This document shows positions 36,701-49,853 of a stretch of 64,000 nt of DNA, piece after piece (the stretch's first letter is position 1; the number at the start of each line of letters is the position of its first letter). Origin of the DNA: Auanema rhodensis (Eukaryota; Animalia; Nematoda); contig OZ059898.1 of NCBI GenBank assembly GCA_964057225.1, positions 1,922,001 to 1,986,000 on the forward strand, in the 5' to 3' direction. Under the pieces are notes generated by a model. That model made no database searches. It had not been told where the DNA came from and was given only the letters and a program-made list of their open reading frames with translations. Position numbers and translations under genes: made by a program.

Positions 36701-39323
36701 TTTTTGCTAAATTATTTTGAAATTTTTCGAAAAAATTTTTGTCAAAATGTTTTTGGAAGCAATGTTGAGTGTACATGGAAACTCAACATACACTAATGCA
36801 TCATTTTTCAAACGATCATAACTAATTTTTGTATTGAGCGTTTTTCAATGTAGTATAGTGCATTCGATGCGGATTTTTAAGCTGCGTCGATCTGTGTTAT
36901 CAGATTTGCGCTAGCTTAAAAATGCACCGAGATATCAACTGATATAAGTTCACACTTATATCCTCGATTTTCACCCTGAAGAATTAATTTTTTCGTTGAA
37001 TAACATTGTCCATCGTCTTTGCTTTGAAAAAAGGAATCTAAAAACATCTACTTTTTGCTAAATTATTTTGAAATTTTTCGAAAAAATTTTTGTCAAAATG
37101 TTTTTGGAAGCAATGTTGAGTGTACATGGAAACTCAACATACACTAATGCATCATTTTTCAAACAATCATAACTAATTTTTGTATCAAGCGTTTCTCAAT
37201 GTAGTATAGTGCATTCGATGCGGATTTTTAAGCTGCGTCGATCTGTGTTATCAGATTTGCGCTAGCTTAAAAATGCACCGAGATATCAACTGATATAAGT
37301 TCACACTTATATCCTCGATTTTCACCCTGAAGAATTAATTTTTTCGTTGAATAACATTGTCCATCGTCTTTGCCTTGAAAAAAGGAATCTAAAAACATCT
37401 ACTTTTTGCTAAATTATTTTGAAATTTTTCGAAAAAATTTTTGTCAAAATGTTTTTGGAAGCAATGTTGAGTGTACATGGAAACTCAACATACACTGATG
37501 CATCATTTTTCAAACGATCATAACTAATTTTTGTATTAAGCGTTTTTCAATGTAGTATAGTGCATTCGATGCGGATTTTTAAGCTGCGTCGATCTGTGTT
37601 ATCAGATTTGCGCTAGCTTAAAAATGCACCGAGATATCAACTGATATAAGTTCACACATATATCCTCGATTTTCACCCTGAAGAATTAATTTTTTCGTTG
37701 AATAACATTGTCCATCGTCTTTGCTTTGAAAAAAGGAATCTAAAAACATCTACTTTTTGCTAAATTATTTTGAAATTTTTCGAAAAAATTTTTGTCAAAA
37801 TGTTTTTGGAAGCAATGTTGAGTGTACATGGAAACTCAACATACACTAATGCATCATTTTTCAAACAATCATAACTAATTTTTGTATTAAGCGTTTCTCA
37901 ATGTAGTATAGTGCATTCGATGCGGATTTTTAAGCTGCGTCGATCTGTGTTATCAGATTTGCGCTAGCTTAAAAATGCACCGAGATATCAACTGGTATAA
38001 GTTCACACTTATATCCTCGATTTTCACCCTGAAGAATTAATTTTTTCGTTGAATAACATTGTCCATCGTCTTTGCCTTGAAAAAAGGAATTTAAAAACAT
38101 CTACTTTTTGCTAAATTATTTTGAAATTTTTCGAAAAAATTTTTGTCAAAATGTTTTTGGAAGCAATGTTGAGTGTACATGGAAACTCAACATACACTAA
38201 TGCATCATTTTTCAAACGATCATAACTAATTTTTGTATTAAGCGTTTTTCAATGTAGTATAGTGCATTCGATGCGGATTTTTAAGCTGCGTCGATCTGTG
38301 TTATCAGATTTGCGCTAGCTTAAAAATGCACCGAGATATCAACTGATATAAGTTCACACTTATATCCTCGATTTTCACCCTGAAGAATTAATTTTTTCGT
38401 TGAATAACATTGTCCATCGTCTTTGCTTTGAAAAAAGGAATCTAAAAACATCTACTTTTTGCTAAATTATTTTGAAATTTTTCGAAAAAATTTTTGTCAA
38501 AATGTTTTTGGAAGCAATGTTGAGTGTACATGGAAACTCAACATACACTAACGCATCATTTTTCAAACAATCATAACTAATTTTTGTATTAAGCGTTTCT
38601 CAATGTAGTATAGTGCATTCGATGCGGATTTTTAAGCTGCGTCGATCTGTGTTATCAGATTTGCGCTAGCTTAAAAATGCACCGAGATATCAACTGATAT
38701 AAGTTCACACTTATATCCTCGATTTTCACCCTGAAGAATTAATTTTTTCGTTGAATAACATTGTCCATCGTCTTTGCTTTGAAAAAAGGAATCTAAAAAC
38801 ATCTACTTTTTGCTAAATTATTTTGAAATTTTTCGAAAAAATTTTTGTCAAAATGTTTTTGGAAGCAATGTTGAGTGTACATGGAAACTCAACATACACT
38901 AACGCATCATTTTTCAAACAATCATAACTAATTTTTGTATTAAGCGTTTCTCAATGTAGTATAGTGCATTCGATGCGGATTTTTAAGCTGCGTCGATCTG
39001 TGTTATCAGATTTGCGCTAGCTTAAAAATGCACCGAGATATCAACTGATATAAGTTCACACTTATATCCTCGATTTTCACCCTGAAGAATTAATTTTTTC
39101 GTTGAATAACATTGTCCATCGTCTTTGCCTTGAAAAAAGGAATCTAAAAACATCTACTTTTTGCTAAATTATTTTGAAATTTTTCGAAAAAATTTTTGTC
39201 AAAATGTTTTTGGAAGCAATGTTGAGTGTACATGGAAACTCAACATACACTAATGCATCATTTTTCAAACGATCATAACTAATTTTTGTATTAAGCGTTT
39301 TTCAATGTAGTATAGTGCATTCG
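33708..39323 (+). repeat. Imperfect dimer (702-bp) alternation tract
   Basis: AAACAAT monomers (usually with GCTTTG) at 33708, 34410, 35112, 36165, 36867, 37569, 38271 and 38622 alternate with monomers ending in GTTTTTCAATG. Confidence 0.75.
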
Positions 39324-42300
39324 ATGCGGATTTTTAAGCTGCGTCGATCTGTGTTATCAGATTTGCGCTAGCTTAAAAATGCACCGAGATATCAACTGGT
39401 ATAAGTTCACACTTATATCCTCGATTTTCACCCTGAAGAATTAATTTTTTCGTTGAATAACATTGTCCATCGTCTTTGCCTTGAAAAAAGGAATTTAAAA
39501 ACATCTACTTTTTGCTAAATTATTTTGAAATTTTTCGAAAAAATTTTTGTCAAAATGTTTTTGGAAGCAATGTTGAGTGTACATGGAAACTCAACATACA
39601 CTAATGCATCATTTTTCAAACGATCATAACTAATTTTTGTATTAAGCGTTTTTCAATGTAGTATAGTGCATTCGATGCGGATTTTTAAGCTGCGTCGATC
39701 TGTGTTATCAGATTTGCGCTAGCTTAAAAATGCACCGAGATATCAACTGGTATAAGTTCACACTTATATCCTCGATTCTCACCCTGAAGAATTAATTTTT
39801 TCGTTGAATAACATTGTCCATCGTCTTTGCCTTGAAAAAAGGAATCTAAAAACATCTACTTTTTGCCAAATTACTTTGAAATTTTTCGAAAAAATTTTTG
39901 TCAAAATGTTTTTGGAAGCAATGTTGAGTGTACATGGAAACTCAACATACACTAATGCATCATTTTTCAAACGATCATTACTAATTTTTGTATTAAGCGT
40001 TTCTCAATGTAGTATAGTGCATTCGATGCGGATTTTTAAGCTGCGTCGATCTGTGTTATCAGATTTGCGCTAGCTTAAAAATGCACTGAGATATCAACTG
40101 ATATAAGTTCACACTTATATCCTCGATTTTCACCCTGAAGAATTAATTTTTTCGTTGAATAACATTGTCCATCGTCTTTGCCTTGAAAAAAGAAATCTAA
40201 AAACATCTACTTTTTGCTAAATTATTTCGAAATTTTTCGAAAAAATTTTTGTCAAAATGTTTTTGGAAGCAATGTTGAGTGTACATGGAAACTCAACATA
40301 CACTAATGCATCATTTTTCAAACGATCATAACTAATTTTTGTATTAAGCGTTTCTCAATGTAGTATAGTGCATTCGATGCGGATTTTTAAGCTGCGTCGA
40401 TCTGTGTTATCAGATTTGCGCTAGCTTAAAAATGCACCGAGATATTAACTGATATAAGTTCACACTTATATCCTCGATTTTCACCCTGAAGAATTAATTT
40501 TTTCGTTGAATAACATTGTCCATCGTCTTTGCCTTGAAAAAAGGAATCTAAAAACATCTACTTTTTGCTAAATTATTTTGAAATTTTTCGAAAAAATTTT
40601 TGTCAAAATGTTTTTGGAAGCAATGTTGAGTGTACATGGAAACTCAACATACACTAATGCATCATTTTTCAAACGATCATAACTAATTTTTGTATCAAGC
40701 ATTTCTCAATGTAGTATAGTGCATTCGATGCGGATTTTTAAGCTGCGTCGATCTGTGTTATCAGATTTGCGCTAGCTTAAAAATGCACCGAGATATCAAC
40801 TGGTATAAGTTCACACTTATATCCTCGATTTTCACCCTGAAGAATTAATTTTTTCGTTGAATAACATTGTCCATCGTCTTTGCCTTGAAAAAAGGAATTT
40901 AAAAACATCTACTTTTTGCTAAATTATTTTGAAATTTTTCGAAAAAATTTTTGTCAAAATGTTTTTGGAAGCAATGTTGAGTGTACATGGAAACTCAACA
41001 TACACTAATGCATCATTTTTCAAACGATCATAACTAATTTTTGTATTAAGCGTTTTTCAATGTAGTATAGTGCATTCGATGCGGATTTTTAAGCTGCGTC
41101 GATCTGTGTTATCAGATTTGCGCTAGCTTAAAAATGCACCGAGATATCAACTGGTATAAGTTCACACTTATATCCTCGATTCTCACCCTGAAGAATTAAT
41201 TTTTTCGTTGAATAACATTGTCCATCGTCTTTGCCTTGAAAAAAGGAATCTAAAAACATCTACTTTTTGCCAAATTATTTTGAAATTTTTCGAAAAAATT
41301 TTTGTCAAAATGTTTTTGGAAGCAATGTTGAGTGTACATGGAAACTCAACATACACTAATGCATCATTTTTCAAACGATCATTACTAATTTTTGTATTAA
41401 GCGTTTCTCAATGTAGTATAGTGCATTCGATGCGGACTTTTAAGCTGCGTCGATCTGTGTTATCAGATTTGCGCTAGCTTAAAAATGCACTGAGATATCA
41501 ACTGATATAAGTTCACACTTATATCCTCGATTTTCACCCTGAAGAATTAATTTTTTCGTTGAATAACATTGTCCATCGTCTTTGCCTTGAAAAAAGAAAT
41601 CTAAAAACATCTACTTTTTGCTAAATTATTTCGAAATTTTTCGAAAAAATTTTTGTCAAAATGTTTTTGGAAGCAATGTTGAGTGTACATGGAAACTCAA
41701 CATACACTAATGCATCATTTTTCAAACGATCATAACTAATTTTTGTATTAAGCGTTTCTCAATGTAGTATAGTGCATTCGATGCGGATTTTTAAGCTGCG
41801 TCGATCTGTGTTATCAGATTTGCGCTAGCTTAAAAATGCACCGAGATATTAACTGATATAAGTTCACACTTATATCCTCGATTTTCACCCTGAAGAATTA
41901 ATTTTTTCGTTGAATAACATTGTCCATCGTCTTTGCCTTGAAAAAAGGAATCTAAAAACATCTACTTTTTGCTAAATTATTTTGAAATTTTTCGAAAAAA
42001 TTTTTGTCAAAATGTTTTTGGAAGCAATGTTGAGTGTACATGGAAACTCAACATACACTAATGCATCATTTTTCAAACGATCATAACTAATTTTTGTATC
42101 AAGCATTTCTCAATGTAGTATAGTGCATTCGATGCGGATTTTTAAGCTGCGTCGATCTGTGTTATCAGATTTGCGCTAGCTTAAAAATGCACCGAGATAT
42201 CAACTGGTATAAGTTCACACTTATATCCTCGATTTTCACCCTGAAGAATTAATTTTTTCGTTGAATAACATTGTCCATCGTCTTTGCCTTGAAAAAAGGA

Positions 42301-45300
42301 ATTTAAAAACATCTACTTTTTGCTAAATTATTTTGAAATTTTTCGAAAAAATTTTTGTCAAAATGTTTTTGGAAGCAATGTTGAGTGTACATGGAAACTC
42401 AACATACACTAATGCATCATTTTTCAAACGATCATAACTAATTTTTGTATTAAGCGTTTTTCAATGTAGTATAGTGCATTCGATGCGGATTTTTAAGCTG
42501 CGTCGATCTGTGTTATCAGATTTGCGCTAGCTTAAAAATGCACCGAGATATCAACTGGTATAAGTTCACACTTATATCCTCGATTCTCACCCTGAAGAAT
42601 TAATTTTTTCGTTGAATAACATTGTCCATCGTCTTTGCCTTGAAAAAAGGAATCTAAAAACATCTACTTTTTGCCAAATTATTTTGAAATTTTTCGAAAA
42701 AATTTTTGTCAAAATGTTTTTGGAAGCAATGTTGAGTGTACATGGAAACTCAACATACACTAATGCATCATTTTTCAAACGATCATTACTAATTTTTGTA
42801 TTAAGCGTTTCTCAATGTAGTATAGTGCATTCGATGCGGATTTTTAAGCTGCGTCGATCTGTGTTATCAGATTTGCGCTAGCTTAAAAATGCACTGAGAT
42901 ATCAACTGATATAAGTTCACACTTATATCCTCGATTTTCACCCTGAAGAATTAATTTTTTCGTTGAATAACATTGTCCATCGTCTTTGCCTTGAAAAAAG
43001 AAATCTAAAAACATCTACTTTTTGCTAAATTATTTCGAAATTTTTCGAAAAAATTTTTGTCAAAATGTTTTTGGAAGCAATGTTGAGTGTACATGGAAAC
43101 TCAACATACACTAATGCATCATTTTTCAAACGATCATAACTAATTTTTGTATTAAGCGTTTCTCAATGTAGTATAGTGCATTCGATGCGGATTTTTAAGC
43201 TGCGTCGATCTGTGTTATCAGATTTGCGCTAGCTTAAAAATGCACCGAGATATTAACTGATATAAGTTCACACTTATATCCTCGATTTTCACCCTGAAGA
43301 ATTAATTTTTTCGTTGAATAACATTGTCCATCGTCTTTGCCTTGAAAAAAGGAATCTAAAAACATCTACTTTTTGCTAAATTATTTTGAAATTTTTCGAA
43401 AAAATTTTTGTCAAAATGTTTTTGGAAGCAATGTTGAGTGTACATGGAAACTCAACATACACTAATGCATCATTTTTCAAACGATCATAACTAATTTTTG
43501 TATCAAGCATTTCTCAATGTAGTATAGTGCATTCGATGCGGATTTTTAAGCTGCGTCGATCTGTGTTATCAGATTTGCGCTAGCTTAAAAATGCACCGAG
43601 ATATCAACTGGTATAAGTTCACACTTATATCCTCGATTTTCACCCTGAAGAATTAATTTTTTCGTTGAATAACATTGTCCATCGTCTTTGCCTTGAAAAA
43701 AGGAATTTAAAAACATCTACTTTTTGCTAAATTATTTTGAAATTTTTCGAAAAAATTTTTGTCAAAATGTTTTTGGAAGCAATGTTGAGTGTACATGGAA
43801 ACTCAACATACACTAATGCATCATTTTTCAAACGATCATAACTAATTTTTGTATTAAGCGTTTTTCAATGTAGTATAGTGCATTCGATGCGGATTTTTAA
43901 GCTGCGTCGATCTGTGTTATCAGATTTGCGCTAGCTTAAAAATGCACCGAGATATCAACTGGTATAAGTTCACACTTATATCCTCGATTCTCACCCTGAA
44001 GAATTAATTTTTTCGTTGAATAACATTGTCCATCGTCTTTGCCTTGAAAAAAGGAATCTAAAAACATCTACTTTTTGCCAAATTATTTTGAAATTTTTCG
44101 AAAAAATTTTTGTCAAAATGTTTTTGGAAGCAATGTTGAGTGTACATGGAAACTCAACATACACTAATGCATCATTTTTCAAACGATCATTACTAATTTT
44201 TGTATTAAGCGTTTCTCAATGTAGTATAGTGCATTCGATGCGGACTTTTAAGCTGCGTCGATCTGTGTTATCAGATTTGCGCTAGCTTAAAAATGCACTG
44301 AGATATCAACTGATATAAGTTCACACTTATATCCTCGATTTTCACCCTGAAGAATTAATTTTTTCGTTGAATAACATTGTCCATCGTCTTTGCCTTGAAA
44401 AAAGAAATCTAAAAACATCTACTTTTTGCTAAATTATTTCGAAATTTTTCGAAAAAATTTTTGTCAAAATGTTTTTGGAAGCAATGTTGAGTGTACATGG
44501 AAACTCAACATACACTAATGCATCATTTTTCAAACGATCATAACTAATTTTTGTATTAAGCGTTTCTCAATGTAGTATAGTGCATTCGATGCGGATTTTT
44601 AAGCTGCGTCGATCTGTGTTATCAGATTTGCGCTAGCTTAAAAATGCACCGAGATATTAACTGATATAAGTTCACACTTATATCCTCGATTTTCACCCTG
44701 AAGAATTAATTTTTTCGTTGAATAACATTGTCCATCGTCTTTGCCTTGAAAAAAGGAATCTAAAAACATCTACTTTTTGCTAAATTATTTTGAAATTTTT
44801 CGAAAAAATTTTTGTCAAAATGTTTTTGGAAGCAATGTTGAGTGTACATGGAAACTCAACATACACTAATGCATCATTTTTCAAACGATCATAACTAATT
44901 TTTGTATCAAGCATTTCTCAATGTAGTATAGTGCATTCGATGCGGATTTTTAAGCTGCGTCGATCTGTGTTATCAGATTTGCGCTAGCTTAAAAATGCAC
45001 CGAGATATCAACTGGTATAAGTTCACACTTATATCCTCGATTTTCACCCTGAAGAATTAATTTTTTCGTTGAATAACATTGTCCATCGTCTTTGCCTTGA
45101 AAAAAGGAATTTAAAAACATCTACTTTTTGCTAAATTATTTTGAAATTTTTCGAAAAAATTTTTGTCAAAATGTTTTTGGAAGCAATGTTGAGTGTACAT
45201 GGAAACTCAACATACACTAATGCATCATTTTTCAAACGATCATAACTAATTTTTGTATTAAGCGTTTTTCAATGTAGTATAGTGCATTCGATGCGGATTT

Positions 45301-46343
45301 TTAAGCTGCGTCGATCTGTGTTATCAGATTTGCGCTAGCTTAAAAATGCACCGAGATATCAACTGGTATAAGTTCACACTTATATCCTCGATTCTCACCC
45401 TGAAGAATTAATTTTTTCGTTGAATAACATTGTCCATCGTCTTTGCCTTGAAAAAAGGAATCTAAAAACATCTACTTTTTGCCAAATTATTTTGAAATTT
45501 TTCGAAAAAATTTTTGTCAAAATGTTTTTGGAAGCAATGTTGAGTGTACATGGAAACTCAACATACACTAATGCATCATTTTTCAAACGATCATTACTAA
45601 TTTTTGTATTAAGCGTTTCTCAATGTAGTATAGTGCATTCGATGCGGACTTTTAAGCTGCGTCGATCTGTGTTATCAGATTTGCGCTAGCTTAAAAATGC
45701 ACTGAGATATCAACTGATATAAGTTCACACTTATATCCTCGATTTTCACCCTGAAGAATTAATTTTTTCGTTGAATAACATTGTCCATCGTCTTTGCCTT
45801 GAAAAAAGAAATCTAAAAACATCTACTTTTTGCTAAATTATTTCGAAATTTTTCGAAAAAATTTTTGTCAAAATGTTTTTGGAAGCAATGTTGAGTGTAC
45901 ATGGAAACTCAACATACACTAATGCATCATTTTTCAAACGATCATAACTAATTTTTGTATTAAGCGTTTCTCAATGTAGTATAGTGCATTCGATGCGGAT
46001 TTTTAAGCTGCGTCGATCTGTGTTATCAGATTTGCGCTAGCTTAAAAATGCACCGAGATATTAACTGATATAAGTTCACACTTATATCCTCGATTTTCAC
46101 CCTGAAGAATTAATTTTTTCGTTGAATAACATTGTCCATCGTCTTTGCCTTGAAAAAAGGAATCTAAAAACATCTACTTTTTGCTAAATTATTTTGAAAT
46201 TTTTCGAAAAAATTTTTGTCAAAATGTTTTTGGAAGCAATGTTGAGTGTACATGGAAACTCAACATACACTAATGCATCATTTTTCAAACGATCATAACT
46301 AATTTTTGTATCAAGCATTTCTCAATGTAGTAAAGTGCATTCG
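39324..46343 (+). repeat. 4-monomer higher-order repeat, 5 near-identical copies of 1404 bp
   Basis: Units start at 39324, 40728, 42132, 43536 and 44940. Monomer types are D (CTGGT, GGAATTT), A (GATTCTC, GCCAAA, CATTA), B (GCACTG, AGAAA, TTCG) and C (GATATT, TATCAAGCAT). ORFs at 39779/41183/42587/43991/45395 are exactly 1404 apart. Confidence 0.95.
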
Positions 46344-46694
46344 ATGCGGATTTTTAAGCTGCGTCGATCTGTGTTATCAGATTTGCGCTAGCTTAAAAAT
46401 GCACCGAGATATCAACTGATATAAGTTCACACTTATATCCTCGATTTTCACCCTGAAGAATTAATTTTTTCGTTGAATAACATTGTCCATCGTCTTTGCC
46501 TTGAAAAAAGGAATCTAAAAACATCTACTTTTTGCTAAATTATTTCGAAATTTTTCGAAAACATTTTTGTCAAAATGTTTTTGGAAGCAATGTTGAGTGT
46601 ACATGGAAACTCAACATACACTAATGCATCATTTTTCAAACGATCATAACTAATTTTTGTATTAAGCGTTTCTCAATGTAGTATAGTGCATTCG

Positions 46695-49502
46695 ATGCGG
46701 ATTTTTAAGCTGCGTCGATCTGTGTTATCAGATTTGCGCTAGCTTAAAAATGCACCGAGATATTAACTGGTATAAGTTCACACTTATATCCTCGATTTTC
46801 ACCCTGAAGAATTAATTTTTTCGTTGAATAACATTGTCCATCGTTTTTGCCTTGAAAAAAGGAATCTAAAAACATCTACTTTTTGCTAAATTATTTTGAA
46901 ATTTTTCGAAAAAATTTTTGTCAAAATGTTTTTGGAAGCAATGTTGAGTGTACATGGAAACTCAACATACACTAATGCATCATTTTTCAAACGATCATAA
47001 CTAATTTTTGTATTAAGCGTTTTTCAATGTAGTATAATGCATTCGATGCGGATTTTTAAGCTGCGTCGATCTGTGTTATCAGATTTGCGCTAGCTTAAAA
47101 ATGCACCGAGATATCAACTGATATAAGTTCACACTTATATCCTCGATTTTCACCCTGAAGAATTAATTTTTTCGTTGAATAACATTGTCCATCGTCTTTG
47201 CCTTGAAAAAAAGAATCTAAAAACATCTACTTTTTGCTAAATTATTTTGAAATTTTTCGAAAAAATTTTTGTCAAAATGTTTTTGGAAGCAATGTTGAGT
47301 GTACATGGAAACTCAACATACACTAATGCATCATTTTTCAAACGATCATTACTAATTTTTGTATTAAGCATTTCTCAATGTAGTATAGTGCATTCGATGC
47401 GGATTTTTAAGCTGCGTCGATCTGTGTTATCAGATTTGCGCTAGCTTAAAAATGCACCGAGATATCAACTGATATAAGTTCACACTTATATCCTCGATTT
47501 TCACCCTGAAGAATTAATTTTTTCGTTGAATAACATTGTCCATCGTCTTTGCCTTGAAAAAAGGAATCTAAAAACATCTACTTTTCGCTAAATTATTTCG
47601 AAATTTTTCGAAAAAATTTTTGTCAAAATGTTTTTGGAAGCAATGTTGAGTGTACATGGAAACTCAACATACACTAATGCATCATTTTTCAAACGATCAT
47701 AACTAATTTTTGTATTAAGCGTTTCTCAATGTAGTATAGTGCATTCGATGCGGATTTTTAAGTTGCGTCGATCTGTGTTATCAGATTTGCGCTAGCTTAA
47801 AAATGCACCGAGATATTAACTGATATAAGTTCACACTTATATCCTCGATTTTCACCCTGAAGAATTAATTTTTTCGTTGAATAACATTGTCCATCGTCTT
47901 TGCCTTGAAAAAAGGAATCTAAAAACATCTACTTTTTGCTAAATTATTTTGAAATTTTTCGAAAAAATTTTTGTCAAAATGTTTTTGGAAGCAATGTTGA
48001 GTGAACATGGAAACTCAACATACACTAATGCATCATTTTTCAAACGATCATAACTAATTTTTGTATTAAGCGTTTCTCAATGTAGTATAGTGCATTCGAT
48101 GCGGATTTTTAAGCTGCGTCGATCTGTGTTATCAGATTTGCGCTAGCTTAAAAATGCACCGAGATATTAACTGGTATAAGTTCACACTTATATCCTCGAT
48201 TTTCACCCTGAAGAATTAATTTTTTCGTTGAATAACATTGTCCATCGTTTTTGCCTTGAAAAAAGGAATCTAAAAACATCTACTTTTTGCTAAATTATTT
48301 TGAAATTTTTCGAAAAAATTTTTGTCAAAATGTTTTTGGAAGCAATGTTGAGTGTACATGGAAACTCAACATACACTAATGCATCATTTTTCAAACGATC
48401 ATAACTAATTTTTGTATTAAGCGTTTTTCAATGTAGTATAATGCATTCGATGCGGATTTTTAAGCTGCGTCGATCTGTGTTATCAGATTTGCGCTAGCTT
48501 AAAAATGCACCGAGATATCAACTGATATAAGTTCACACTTATATCCTCGATTTTCACCCTGAAGAATTAATTTTTTCGTTGAATAACATTGTCCATCGTC
48601 TTTGCCTTGAAAAAAAGAATCTAAAAACATCTACTTTTTGCTAAATTATTTTGAAATTTTTCGAAAAAATTTTTGTCAAAATGTTTTTGGAAGCAATGTT
48701 GAGTGTACATGGAAACTCAACATACACTAATGCATCATTTTTCAAACGATCATTACTAATTTTTGTATTAAGCATTTCTCAATGTAGTATAGTGCATTCG
48801 ATGCGGATTTTTAAGCTGCGTCGATCTGTGTTATCAGATTTGCGCTAGCTTAAAAATGCACCGAGATATCAACTGATATAAGTTCACACTTATATCCTCG
48901 ATTTTCACCCTGAAGAATTAATTTTTTCGTTGAATAACATTGTCCATCGTCTTTGCCTTGAAAAAAGGAATCTAAAAACATCTACTTTTCGCTAAATTAT
49001 TTCGAAATTTTTCGAAAAAATTTTTGTCAAAATGTTTTTGGAAGCAATGTTGAGTGTACATGGAAACTCAACATACACTAATGCATCATTTTTCAAACGA
49101 TCATAACTAATTTTTGTATTAAGCGTTTCTCAATGTAGTATAGTGCATTCGATGCGGATTTTTAAGTTGCGTCGATCTGTGTTATCAGATTTGCGCTAGC
49201 TTAAAAATGCACCGAGATATTAACTGATATAAGTTCACACTTATATCCTCGATTTTCACCCTGAAGAATTAATTTTTTCGTTGAATAACATTGTCCATCG
49301 TCTTTGCCTTGAAAAAAGGAATCTAAAAACATCTACTTTTTGCTAAATTATTTTGAAATTTTTCGAAAAAATTTTTGTCAAAATGTTTTTGGAAGCAATG
49401 TTGAGTGTACATGGAAACTCAACATACACTAATGCATCATTTTTCAAACGATCATAACTAATTTTTGTATTAAGCGTTTCTCAATGTAGTATAGTGCATT
49501 CG
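46695..49502 (+). repeat. A different 4-mer, 2 copies (1404 bp)
   Basis: Markers CGTTTTT+ATAATGC, AAAAAAAGAAT+CATTA, TTTTCGCT and AAGTTG repeat at +1404. ORFs at 47247 and 48651 agree. Confidence 0.85.
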
Positions 49503-49853
49503 ATGCGGATTTTTAAGTTGCGTCGATCTGTGTTATCAGATTTGCGCTAGCTTAAAAATGCACCGAGATATTAACTGATATAAGTTCACACTTATATCCT
49601 CGATTTTCACCCTGAAGAATTAATTTTTTCGTTGAATAACATTGTCCATCGTCTTTGCCTTGAAAAAAGGAATCTAAAAACATCTACTTTTTGCTAAATT
49701 ATTTTGAAATTTTTCGAAAAAATTTTTGTCAAAATGTTTTTGGAAGCAATGTTGAGTGAACATGGAAACTCAACATACACTAATGCATCATTTTTCAAAC
49801 GATCATAACTAATTTTTGTATTAAGCATTTCTCAATGTAGTATAGTGCATTCG

